Shown here piece after piece: positions 39,336 through 48,513 of a stretch of DNA of 64,000 bases. A program made the translations under genes and the position numbers. The notes under the pieces are model-generated. The model did no database searches. It had not been told where the DNA came from and saw nothing but the letters and a program-made list of their open reading frames with translations. The stretch covers positions 298,019 through 362,018 of the IMG/VR virus record IMGVR_UViG_3300042502_001233; one strand, given 5' to 3'. Numbering within the stretch: the first letter of the stretch is position 1; each line of letters starts with the position of its first letter.

Positions 39336-40125
39336 AACTTTCTTTTATTTGTTTGTATTTAATTAATTTTCGTGATAACCCAAAATTATCACCTTTGTAA
39401 ATGTATTCACCTAATTTTATTATATTTTTACCCAAAATACGTAAAACAGAACTTTTGTTTTCTTTGTTTGTTTTTTTATTTAAATTAATAACACGTCTAA
39501 CTTTATATTTAATTTCTAATTCATCACATAAATCTTCAAAATAAGACCAATCCTGTTCATAAGATGAAGTTATCGCAAATTGTCTACCATTATTTTTATA
39601 ATAAAAAGACCCATCACCATCTATTAATCCTCTAAAAAAATAATGTTTTAATTCATCAGGTATTTTAGATAATATTTTATCAGCTGATTTATATGATTTT
39701 TTATCATAATCATTTTCAATTAAAAAATTATTTATATTTCTATTTGAACCTATTAAATATACAGCCGTTTTCCAACCATTTTTACTTCTATCTTGGATTG
39801 ATTTACCCCAATTACCTAATTTGAAAAATAATGATTCTATTTCATCAATATCTTTTTTCACACCACCAACATTAAAATGTCTACCATCAGCCCTTACATG
39901 ACCATCAGCCCATATAAAACCTAAAACATATGCTGTATATGAATTCGTGATTTCTTCAAATTCTGAAAATTTTAAACTTTTTTCTTTTTTTAAGTTTAAA
40001 ACTCTTATTTTATAAACCACTTGTTCAACTGGTATACCTAAAACATCAGAACAATGAAATCTATCAGTTAAAGGGTATTCTTTAATTAAAAAATTTATTT
40101 CGTTTTCACTCCATTTGTGTTTCAT
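39316..40125 (-). CDS. LAGLIDADG homing endonuclease
   Basis: YVLGFIWADG and FFRGLIDGDG. Confidence 0.92.
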   Translation of the reverse strand: MKHKWSENEINFLIKEYPLTDRFHCSDVLGIPVEQVVYKIRVLNLKKEKSLKFSEFEEITNSYTAYVLGFIWADGHVRADGRHFNVGGVKKDIDEIESLFFKLGNWGKSIQDRSKNGWKTAVYLIGSNRNINNFLIENDYDKKSYKSADKILSKIPDELKHYFFRGLIDGDGSFYYKNNGRQFAITSSYEQDWSYFEDLCDELEIKYKVRRVINLNKKTNKENKSSVLRILGKNIIKLGEYIYKGDNFGLSRKLIKYKQIKESYGKYSN

Positions 40126-40187
40126 ATTTTTGTTTTATTATAAATATAATAAAAAACACAAAAAGATAAAGTTATTCACGTAAAATT

Positions 40188-40268
40188 CTAAAACCAAAAC
40201 GTTCTATCCCAATTTCTTTTTTCTTTAAGTTCGAAATGATTTATTTCTATCGCTCTTGTTATACTCAT
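40188..40268 (-). pseudogene. orphaned original 5' end of the 38898-39335 HAD gene
   Basis: MSITRAIEINHFELKEKRNWDRTFWF* versus MVSTAIKNFFRNKEKRGWDKGYFAF. Confidence 0.7.
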
Positions 40269-40447
40269 GGTATATATAATTTTTTAAAGTCAACTGTTTT
40301 CATTGAATAATACATATCCCCTTGTTTAAAGAAAACTGTATCACCAAATTGATTTACGTTTGACGGTTTCCATTCCGTTAATAAACTAACTGGTAAGTTT
40401 AACTCACCTTCGTTGGCAACACCAACTTTGATTAATTCTTCTGCCAT
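40265..40447 (-). CDS. hypothetical protein
   Basis: 60-aa ORF in operon. Confidence 0.55.
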   Translation of the reverse strand: MAEELIKVGVANEGELNLPVSLLTEWKPSNVNQFGDTVFFKQGDMYYSMKTVDFKKLYIP

Positions 40448-40448
40448 T

Positions 40449-41015
40449 CTAACTATTTAAAAAGCTTATTATTTTTTCTTTAACACCAGACTGTTTGATA
40501 CCTTCATATAGTCTTGGTGTGTGAACAAAATTCGTTAAACCACCGTTTGTTTCACCGTCTATGTTTATGTATTCACCTAGTTGCATGTCATCAACAGCTA
40601 CCCACGTATCAACTGGGTTACTCTTTAACCAATGGTTAATTTCAAGTATTCTAGCACGTTCATACCATCCTTTGTAGTGGAATAAAGCCTCACTATATTC
40701 GTCAAAATCTTTAAGGTTTGGCGTAAGAGCTATTGGTTTTTTTATGATACCTTGCAACTCATAAAACTCACCTAATTCTTCCAAATTTGCCCATCTTTTC
40801 CAATCAGACGAAACAACAATTTCAGCACCAGTTTCTTCAAGTATTTGGTTCAATACATTGATTGCTTTTTTGTTGAAATTGTCGAATCGTTCTATAACTG
40901 GGATAGACCCGTCGGCTATTGTTTGTCCAACACTTCTGTTTTGTTTCTTGAATCTGCTTCCAAATTCACTACCCAAACAAATAACCCCATCATGGTCTAA
41001 GAATATTATTTTCAT
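40449..41015 (-). CDS. HAD domain protein, Swiss-Army-knife RNA-repair-like
   Basis: IFLDHDGV, IVVSSDWK, WVAVDD. Confidence 0.82.
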   Translation of the reverse strand: MKIIFLDHDGVICLGSEFGSRFKKQNRSVGQTIADGSIPVIERFDNFNKKAINVLNQILEETGAEIVVSSDWKRWANLEELGEFYELQGIIKKPIALTPNLKDFDEYSEALFHYKGWYERARILEINHWLKSNPVDTWVAVDDMQLGEYINIDGETNGGLTNFVHTPRLYEGIKQSGVKEKIISFLNS

Positions 41016-41052
41016 ATTGCAAAGATACGAATTATTTTCGAAAAATCAAATA

Positions 41053-41724
41053 TTATGGAACATATTTTACAACGGTTACGTCTTCACCGTTTAATTCTTC
41101 TTGGATAATGCCTTCGATGATATCCCACGACCCCCCAGCTAAACCGCTGCCAATCATTGGTAAACCAAATGTCTTGCCTGAAAACTTCTCTTTCATAGCT
41201 CTCAACGCCAAACGCAATGCAGAGTAATCCAAATCCATTCTACCATGTTGTCTACCTTTATAGTCAAATTGACCATACAAGTTAACAATGATAGGTGTTG
41301 TGGTTTCAGTGTAAGTTATTGTACCCAATTTTGATTGGTCCCCAGATGTAGTTTCGCAATCAGCAGCATACGCTTCTGGAAACTTGTGTTTAATCTGTGG
41401 GGCTATACCTGCACCCATAGTGCAGAAACAATTGCAACAATGTGCAATTACGTCATAATTATCGGCATCCCTAACTAGGTCGCCATCAATGTATTTTATC
41501 ATAGTTAATATTGGTGTTGTAAATTTACGATACAAGAATACAGTTTCAACGTTGTATCTTCTTCTACCATTTATAATTGTTGGATTTAAAACCGTGTCGA
41601 TTGTTTTCAATCGATGTTTTCCGATTTTAAGAATGTGTTTTACTATTCCGCTTCTAAGCGTTTTGAATTTCCCAGTCTTTTTGATTAGGAAATCATTTTT
41701 TTGGTAATTGTCTTTTAATGCCAT
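41053..41724 (-). CDS. macro domain (ADP-ribose processing) protein; true start may be internal MIKYIDGDL
   Basis: GDL...IAHCCNC..TMGAGIA...PMIGSGLAGGSW. Confidence 0.9.
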   Translation of the reverse strand: MALKDNYQKNDFLIKKTGKFKTLRSGIVKHILKIGKHRLKTIDTVLNPTIINGRRRYNVETVFLYRKFTTPILTMIKYIDGDLVRDADNYDVIAHCCNCFCTMGAGIAPQIKHKFPEAYAADCETTSGDQSKLGTITYTETTTPIIVNLYGQFDYKGRQHGRMDLDYSALRLALRAMKEKFSGKTFGLPMIGSGLAGGSWDIIEGIIQEELNGEDVTVVKYVP

Positions 41725-41725
41725 T

Positions 41726-42742
41726 TTACTCGTTGTCGTTTTCGTTAAACCTTTTGTTTGCTAGTTTGATAGAAGCAGCTACTGTGTCTTCTAACGTGTT
41801 ATATATGTTAGCTTCGTAGTTCAATGTTTCTTCAAATACTTCACCCCACATGATGTCTAAGTAACTCATACGATAAGCATCATCTGGTCTACCATAAACC
41901 ATTTTTTGTGGTTCTCTACCTTGCCAATACCCAAATTCCATGTTGGTTGTCAACGCAATCAACTCTTTGGTTCTTGGAATCCAGAACATAATACAATCAG
42001 CGGCTTTTAAGCCATTGTATTCCCATCTAGGAACCCATGCTTTGTTTTGGTCAGATTCTGTCTTAGACGTGAACTCTGGTACTATTATATCACCATTGAA
42101 ACCTTGACGTTTAAACTCTTCTATAGCTTCATAACGCCATGATGTTAAATGTGGTTGGTGACCTCTAACCGTTGGACCAGCCAAAAATATTGATGGTTTT
42201 TCAATCAACCTGATAACTTCTTGAGGTGTATGATAACGGTGAACCGTTACATTGTGTTTGGTTAGAGCTTCTTTATCAAACTCATCTCTAACACGCATAA
42301 TAGCTTCACCTAACCAATTGGTACCTTTCCATTTTGTTTTGTCGTTGATGTCTGGGTGAGATTCATGCATCCCTATACCCCAAATAGTGTCTTCTGGACT
42401 GGCTTCAACAATTTCCAACTTGCCAGTTCTCATTAACTCTGATTTCATCACAGAATTTTGACTAAACTTAGCGTAATTAGCTTCATATACGATTTCACGA
42501 CATACAGCTTCCCATTTGTCTTTGTTAAAGTTTTTAACTTTGCGACCAATAGCTTTTTGCTCTTTAGGTCCCTTAGCCATCATAATTTCAGCCCATGATG
42601 TATAGTCTTTGAACAGTATGGCTTTTTTAGCCATCATGTATTGCTCAGCCGTTACATATTTTACTCCGTCAATTTCAAACTCACTAGGAGCCCACTGGGA
42701 AAACGTCCCACCCCAAAAGAATATGTATTTATCAGTTTTCAT
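41726..42742 (-). CDS. NADAR domain fused to a nucleoside 2-deoxyribosyltransferase-like domain
   Basis: FSQW, TAEQYMMAKKA, KFSQN, EASPEDTIWGIG, GTNWLG; IFLAGP, SWR, TTNMEFG. Confidence 0.9.
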   Translation of the reverse strand: MKTDKYIFFWGGTFSQWAPSEFEIDGVKYVTAEQYMMAKKAILFKDYTSWAEIMMAKGPKEQKAIGRKVKNFNKDKWEAVCREIVYEANYAKFSQNSVMKSELMRTGKLEIVEASPEDTIWGIGMHESHPDINDKTKWKGTNWLGEAIMRVRDEFDKEALTKHNVTVHRYHTPQEVIRLIEKPSIFLAGPTVRGHQPHLTSWRYEAIEEFKRQGFNGDIIVPEFTSKTESDQNKAWVPRWEYNGLKAADCIMFWIPRTKELIALTTNMEFGYWQGREPQKMVYGRPDDAYRMSYLDIMWGEVFEETLNYEANIYNTLEDTVAASIKLANKRFNENDNE

Positions 42743-42744
42743 AA

Positions 42745-43356
42745 TTAAACTAAATCTTTTGCATGTTGCATGCTTATTTTGTCATAGACACCTGAACAAA
42801 GGCTATAAACGTATAACCAAAGTCTTCTAAATGGGTTATTCAATAACGTTGCTACCAAAGATAGCGGCCAATATGAAATCCAAGCTATAATTGAAGATTT
42901 GTTATCAGTACCGTTAGGCATAATCTTAACAACAACATCTTTCATATTGTTAACATCACTACCGTATAACTTGAAACCAAACTGTCTTAAAAAATCACAT
43001 AACCCACGCAAGTGTATTTGGTCTTTTTCATCAAACTTTTTGTTTTGTTCTAAGTATTCTGCTCGTTTTGTTTTGAACAAATTGACTTTTTTCTTAACAA
43101 ATTCATTCCATTTAAGTATAGACCAACCCATACCTAATATAATATAACCTAGTGAAAAATAAATGGTTGTAGCGATGTTTGTCGATACAAAAGCCCATAA
43201 ATCTTTTCCATAGTTCCACAATAAAAGTGCCAACACAAATGATATTATACCACTTGCCCAACCTTCTTCTTCATTTTCTAGCGATACCATTACCGCTATT
43301 GCCCCTACAATACTAACTCCTAGTATAACGTAGATGTTACTTAAAAATTCTAACAT
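42745..43356 (-). CDS. membrane protein
   Basis: Several hydrophobic segments; IIAWISYWP. Confidence 0.75.
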   Translation of the reverse strand: MLEFLSNIYVILGVSIVGAIAVMVSLENEEEGWASGIISFVLALLLWNYGKDLWAFVSTNIATTIYFSLGYIILGMGWSILKWNEFVKKKVNLFKTKRAEYLEQNKKFDEKDQIHLRGLCDFLRQFGFKLYGSDVNNMKDVVVKIMPNGTDNKSSIIAWISYWPLSLVATLLNNPFRRLWLYVYSLCSGVYDKISMQHAKDLV

Positions 43357-43368
43357 AATTTCTTTTTT

Positions 43369-44496
43369 TTAGTTTGTTACTTTTGCTCTTTCTCTAATTT
43401 CTTCGAATGTGTATTCCACAAGGATTTCACCCATTCTAAACACTTCAACCAACTCGTCTTTAACAGTGTCAAAATCAGCATCCATTGATGTAACGGTTCT
43501 GTATGTACCATCATCATTTTTAACCAATTTAAGTTTACCTTGTTTTGATTTTTTAAATGATTTGGTGATGTTACCATCAGCGTCCATTTCAGTTGGTGAT
43601 TTAACCACGTTTCTTTCTTCTCCGTCAACTACGGCAAAGCATGCTTTCGTGGCAAAGTTCAAAGTATCTCGATTACAGTCTTGAAGTAATTTACCACCCA
43701 TACCCAACGCTAAATTCTCTGGAGATATTTTTTCATCTTCTAACATTGCGTAGATTTCTTTAATTGACTCCAAGTTAACACCGTCACCTTGGATAACACG
43801 AACTTGTGGTGGCAACACTTTGTAACCTTTATCGTTCACAGTGTATCCAAATTTATCGAACAATATGTGGAAAATTTCTCGTAATGAGTTGATTACGTGA
43901 CCAGAATCTGGACGGATTACAAGCTGATTTCCTGGCTCTGCTGGACGTGATAAGATAAGGTCTATAAGGTCTTGACCCCAATATTGTGCACACGCTCTGA
44001 AAATGTTGTAAGAGTCAGATACACATGCTACCAAACCAGTAGGGAACATAGTCAATACTCTTCTCATCATTTCTAACTCACCTTCTTCACCGTTAAGGGT
44101 CATGATAGAGTGTTCAGTAGCTGGAATAGACAATCCGTAGATAGTTTCTGTGTTGTAAAGGTCTCTAATCATTTTAGAAGCAATTACAGTATCAGAACCT
44201 TTGAAGTTAACCAAATGCGCTGAACCACCAATTTTAGCTGATTGTACACTTGATACACCACGGAAACCGAAGTCATTCAATACAAAATCCACAAGGAACT
44301 CTCGTAACGCTGGGTCGTAAGATGTACATTTTTGGAATGCGGCATCTACAATTTTTCTTACTTCTCTAGAAAGAGTAGCAACAGTGATTGGGTACCATAC
44401 TTGAAGCAAAATTGATTCTAAGAAGTTTGTCAACCAAGCACATTCTGGGTCGAGACTTTCAATCGTGAATAGCACGTTCTTGGTGTTTACAACGGA
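43369..44496 (-). CDS. nadV: nicotinamide phosphoribosyltransferase (NAMPT) family, exon 2
   Basis: SVVNTKNVLFTIE, DFGFRG, PATEHS, VSDSY, IRPDSG, IQGDG, SKQG. Confidence 0.93.
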   Translation of the reverse strand, partial: SVVNTKNVLFTIESLDPECAWLTNFLESILLQVWYPITVATLSREVRKIVDAAFQKCTSYDPALREFLVDFVLNDFGFRGVSSVQSAKIGGSAHLVNFKGSDTVIASKMIRDLYNTETIYGLSIPATEHSIMTLNGEEGELEMMRRVLTMFPTGLVACVSDSYNIFRACAQYWGQDLIDLILSRPAEPGNQLVIRPDSGHVINSLREIFHILFDKFGYTVNDKGYKVLPPQVRVIQGDGVNLESIKEIYAMLEDEKISPENLALGMGGKLLQDCNRDTLNFATKACFAVVDGEERNVVKSPTEMDADGNITKSFKKSKQGKLKLVKNDDGTYRTVTSMDADFDTVKDELVEVFRMGEILVEYTFEEIRERAKVTN

Positions 44497-45466
44497 CGTT
44501 TATATTCCACTCAACTCGCAACAGTTGAATGCGTTCTCTAAGGAACTGCTTTATCTCTCGATAAAGACTAGACTATATCAAAACCCTATTTACTAGGGTC
44601 AAAACCATTTCCAGAACCATTAGCTTGTTCTGTACTCCCTTGCGGGATAGTCGTTGAACGTTTTTCTAAATTTAAGTATATTTTATTAACAAGGTTTAAA
44701 AAATCATCATGGTCTAAACACATTTTAGCTCTATTACATGTTTCACAACAAGTAACAACATTTTCGTTGGTGTATCCAATTTCATTATTCAATCTATCAA
44801 TTCCGTTTCTTTTAAACTCTAAACCACTTCGATTATATCTTTCCTCACCTTTATTTACTTTTGGTTCCTCACCGCAATAATAACAATTTGAAAAAATTAA
44901 TTCTTTTACCTTTTCATCGGTAAGTAAGAATTCATAACCTCTATTTTTTGCACCACTTTTATATTGTTTTAAAACTCTACTAAGTAATGCGCCATTTTCT
45001 GGTTTTATTCTAGTTTTGGAAATTTCTTTGATTGAACATTGTTTACATTGTGTTCTTTTTCCATTATTTAATTCATTTGGTCTTACTTTTGCTTCTCCAC
45101 CACATTCACACTCACAAACCCAAAGGTATTGTTCATATTTTTTAGTTTCATCTAAAATGTAATCTTTAGCAATTAACTTACCAAACTTCTCACCAGTTAA
45201 ATCTTTAAACAATGGTGATTCTTTTCCTTTTTTATACTCTCTCATAATTAATGCGTTTATTAATAAATATCACGAACTTTTAAAAACGCACTAATAAAAT
45301 GAAAATAAATTTAGAAACTTCGCTGCTGATTTCCCAATCCTATATCTTTTCAAACATTCACGCTTAATATTACTATTTACGTTGTAGTGTTATAGGCTCT
45401 AAGGGGTTCCCAGCAATTAGATTTCTTTAGACATACTATTACTAGTATGAATGGCTACTTTTGTTA
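44497..45466 (-). mobile_element. group I intron in NAMPT, carrying an HNH-type endonuclease ORF
   Basis: 5' splice site after GGU with P1 partner GUAGCC; core P AATTGCTGGGAA, Q AATCAGCAG, R TTCAACGACTA, S GATATAGTCT; terminal G at 44497; splicing restores AVPEG|SVV in frame. Confidence 0.93.
44586..45245 (-). CDS. intron-encoded HNH/His-Cys-type endonuclease
   Basis: DLTGEKFGKL, WVCECECG, CYYCG, NGIDRLNN..GY...NVVTCCETCN. Confidence 0.88.
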   Translation of the reverse strand: MREYKKGKESPLFKDLTGEKFGKLIAKDYILDETKKYEQYLWVCECECGGEAKVRPNELNNGKRTQCKQCSIKEISKTRIKPENGALLSRVLKQYKSGAKNRGYEFLLTDEKVKELIFSNCYYCGEEPKVNKGEERYNRSGLEFKRNGIDRLNNEIGYTNENVVTCCETCNRAKMCLDHDDFLNLVNKIYLNLEKRSTTIPQGSTEQANGSGNGFDPSK

Positions 45467-45901
45467 ACCCTCTGGAACCGCTTTGATACTTATTGGTAGT
45501 TTACCATCGTATTTATCAACGATATAGTCAAATTTGCTTCTATCGAAGACATCATCACGACCAAAGACACCTAACTTGGTACCTAAGTATTCGTAAGCTT
45601 CATCAACTTCTTCTTTAACGATTGCAATACCTTCAAGGTATTGTTTAAGGATAATTTGTAGACCGTAGAACAATGTGGTATCAAATTTACCACCTCTAGA
45701 TTCCAAATAAGAAATCATTTTGGTCATTTCAACACCGTAGAATCTGTGGTGTGAATATTTGTAAGCGTCGCTACACAAGATAAGGTTATCTGGTTTAACA
45801 AGCACTTTTGATAATACTTTTTGGATTGATTTAATATCATCCAAATCAGCGTTGGCTAACGCTCTCTCTAGTCGTCTGACTAAATTTCTTTGTATGCTCA
45901 T
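45467..45901 (-). CDS. nadV: NAMPT family, exon 1 (spliced product about 520 aa)
   Basis: SDAYKYSH, YLESRGG, FYGLQ, LPISIKAVPEG. Confidence 0.93.
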
Positions 45902-45959
45902 AATTTTTAAACATTTAGTTGTGCAAATATACTACTATTTTATTATATCTGCAATTATT

Positions 45960-47465
45960 TTAGTAATTTTTTAGTTTGCCATTTTCGTCTCTGTGCATGA
46001 TGTGCTCAGACGTTAATTGAGTAACATCTGTCAAGCCCATAGCGCCCAATACTTCTCTCACTTCATGTATCACAGCTTTATGGTAGTTATACACACGTAC
46101 TTTCTTTTCTGCTGGGTTTAACGCGCCAATAAGTGTTTTGTTTTGCGTGGCAATTCCAACTGGACAAGTGTTCATGTTGCACTCTCTAGCTTGAATACAC
46201 CCAAGACTTAACATAAATGCTCTAGCTGCGTTCACAGTATCAGCACCCATAGCCAATAGTTTGATAATATCGAATGAAGTACTAGCTTTACCTGATGCAA
46301 TTACTTTAATATCATCTTTTAACCCAGCTTTATTCAAGTTATGGTTAACAATTTTCAAAGCATCCATAAGGGGCATACCAATACTGTTAGTGAACACCAA
46401 AGGAGCCGCACCAGTACCACCCTCACCACCATCAACAGTTATAAAGTCTGGGTAGTTTTTGTTTTCTTTCATCGTTTGACATAACTCTTGGAACTCCAAA
46501 TCATCACCAATACATAATTTAATGCCGATTGGTAATCCACCAGACAACTTTCTAAGTTTAGCCACGAACTTTAATAACCCAACAGAATCAGAAAATGCTG
46601 AATGATATGGTGGACTCATCACATCTATATTGGCCTCAACACCACGTATAGCGGCTATTTCAGGTGTGTTTTTAGAAGCTGGTAAAATTCCACCATGACC
46701 AGGTTTTGCCCCTTGAGACAACTTGATTTCAATCATCTTGATGTTCCCACTTTTCAAAGTTTTTACAAATTCCATATCAGAAAAATGACGTTTACCAGCT
46801 ATGGTTTTACCCGCACCAAAATAACCAGTACCTATTTGGAAACACAAATCACCACCATTCTCTGTATGATATGGACTTACACCACCTTCACCAGTGTTGT
46901 GATAAAAGTTACCCAACTTAGCACCACCATTTAACGAACGCACAGCAGCATTTGACAACGCACCGTAGCTCATAGCACTAATGTTAAGAATACTTGCAGA
47001 ATAAGGTTTCTTGCAGAATTTTGAACCAATGGTAACACGAGGTTCTTTAACTAGTGACAAATCTTTTGGGTACATCGAATGTTTCAGAAATTCATATCCT
47101 TTTGCATATACATCATCTTGTGTACCAAATGGTGTCGTGTTAACCTCACCTTTGGATTTTTGGTACACGTCAGAACGTTTTTCACGATTATAAGGTGTTC
47201 CGTTAGTGTTATCCTCGATAAAATATTGTTGAATTTTTGAACGCTCGTGTTCAAACACCCATCTAAGTCTACCGATTAGAGGATAATTTCTTAACAACGC
47301 ATGTTTGGTTTGGTTGATGTCTTTAATAACTGTAACTAAACAAACCACACTGGTCAAAGCCAATAGTGTTAACAATAGACTAGGAAACAACGAAGCAAAT
47401 AACGTAAGAATTATTGCCAAGCATGTAAATATCAATAAAATTTTGTCTCTAGTTAAATTACTCAT
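45960..47465 (-). CDS. FMN-binding glutamate synthase family protein
   Basis: SAMSYGALS, NTGEGG, EIKLSQGAKPGHGG, VDGGEGGTGAAP, GCIQARECNMNTCPVGIATQ. Confidence 0.93.
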   Translation of the reverse strand: MSNLTRDKILLIFTCLAIILTLFASLFPSLLLTLLALTSVVCLVTVIKDINQTKHALLRNYPLIGRLRWVFEHERSKIQQYFIEDNTNGTPYNREKRSDVYQKSKGEVNTTPFGTQDDVYAKGYEFLKHSMYPKDLSLVKEPRVTIGSKFCKKPYSASILNISAMSYGALSNAAVRSLNGGAKLGNFYHNTGEGGVSPYHTENGGDLCFQIGTGYFGAGKTIAGKRHFSDMEFVKTLKSGNIKMIEIKLSQGAKPGHGGILPASKNTPEIAAIRGVEANIDVMSPPYHSAFSDSVGLLKFVAKLRKLSGGLPIGIKLCIGDDLEFQELCQTMKENKNYPDFITVDGGEGGTGAAPLVFTNSIGMPLMDALKIVNHNLNKAGLKDDIKVIASGKASTSFDIIKLLAMGADTVNAARAFMLSLGCIQARECNMNTCPVGIATQNKTLIGALNPAEKKVRVYNYHKAVIHEVREVLGAMGLTDVTQLTSEHIMHRDENGKLKNY

Positions 47466-47467
47466 GA

Positions 47468-48466
47468 TTATTTTAATGTAATTAAGTTTTCTTCTACTAC
47501 TTTTTTGATGAATGTTTCCATCAATTTAATGTGTTCTGGGACAATTTTATCCTCTATATCGAACATATAGTTTTTATTCTGGGTGTGACCACTACCTTGA
47601 CTTGGGTCTGTTATCACACTAAACAAATCTTTGATGTTAAACCATTTTACTTCCGCGATATCGTCAGAAGCTTCTGGTCTACCCATTTGGTCCCAAGCGT
47701 GTGTCATGAACAAAGTTGTCATAATACCGTTTTCTTCTCTAGCATAACGCCAATCTTCTACAGCTTGACTGCACACATAATGCATTTTCAACGCAGATAG
47801 TTTTGTTTCTTCGTAAAGTTCTCTACGAGCAGCCATTTCCCAATTTTCATCAGTACGGTCAACAAACCCACCAACAAATCTAAAAAGCGTTTCAGATGGT
47901 TTTCTAGCCAATAGGATTTTATCACCATCAACAACCACAACATCAACTGTTGGGTATGTTACTGGTCTTTGTCTGTGAATACCATAGATAACACCACTTC
48001 TAAATTCATCTGAATCCAACGGTGTATTAGCAGCTTCTGCTCTAAGGTCAGTAGCGTTGTGTGAATCGACTTGTGGGTATTCTTCTGTAGAATGATTTCC
48101 ATGATAATGAGGAATGAATGAATCGCGACTACCATATAATACCGCATCGGTTTCTGGGAACATACTTCTAATAGCGTTGTCAATCTGTGTTGACCATTTA
48201 TGGTCACTTCTGTTGTCGTCTAACGGCAATAAAATGACATTTGGATAAACGTTTTGAACCATTTTACATCTGGTTGCAAAATCCAAAGGATTTCTTTTTG
48301 AGTTTTGTATTCTAGGGATACCTAAAAACACAACAACATTTCTATGGTTTTCAGTTACATAGTCCAACAGACCTGTGTGACCTTCATGTAATTCAGGTGT
48401 TTGGAATCTTCCAATAACTACACCTACAGTGTTTAAATTTTTCATTTTCTTGATTTTATGTTGCAA
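47468..48466 (-). CDS. nadM: bifunctional NMN adenylyltransferase / Nudix ADP-ribose pyrophosphatase
   Basis: IGRFQ..LHEGH, NPL, NATDLR; GGFVD...AARRELYEET, ASDDIAEVKW. Confidence 0.9.
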   Translation of the reverse strand: MQHKIKKMKNLNTVGVVIGRFQTPELHEGHTGLLDYVTENHRNVVVFLGIPRIQNSKRNPLDFATRCKMVQNVYPNVILLPLDDNRSDHKWSTQIDNAIRSMFPETDAVLYGSRDSFIPHYHGNHSTEEYPQVDSHNATDLRAEAANTPLDSDEFRSGVIYGIHRQRPVTYPTVDVVVVDGDKILLARKPSETLFRFVGGFVDRTDENWEMAARRELYEETKLSALKMHYVCSQAVEDWRYAREENGIMTTLFMTHAWDQMGRPEASDDIAEVKWFNIKDLFSVITDPSQGSGHTQNKNYMFDIEDKIVPEHIKLMETFIKKVVEENLITLK

Positions 48467-48513
48467 AGATACATAAAAATCCCAACTAACAAATTAATTG
48501 GGACTTTTTTATT

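Noticed and set aside
9665-40125. Free-standing endonuclease insertions as introns or inteins
   Set aside because: No group I core motifs or intein termini; the downstream genes have their own complete N-termini, unlike the NAMPT case.
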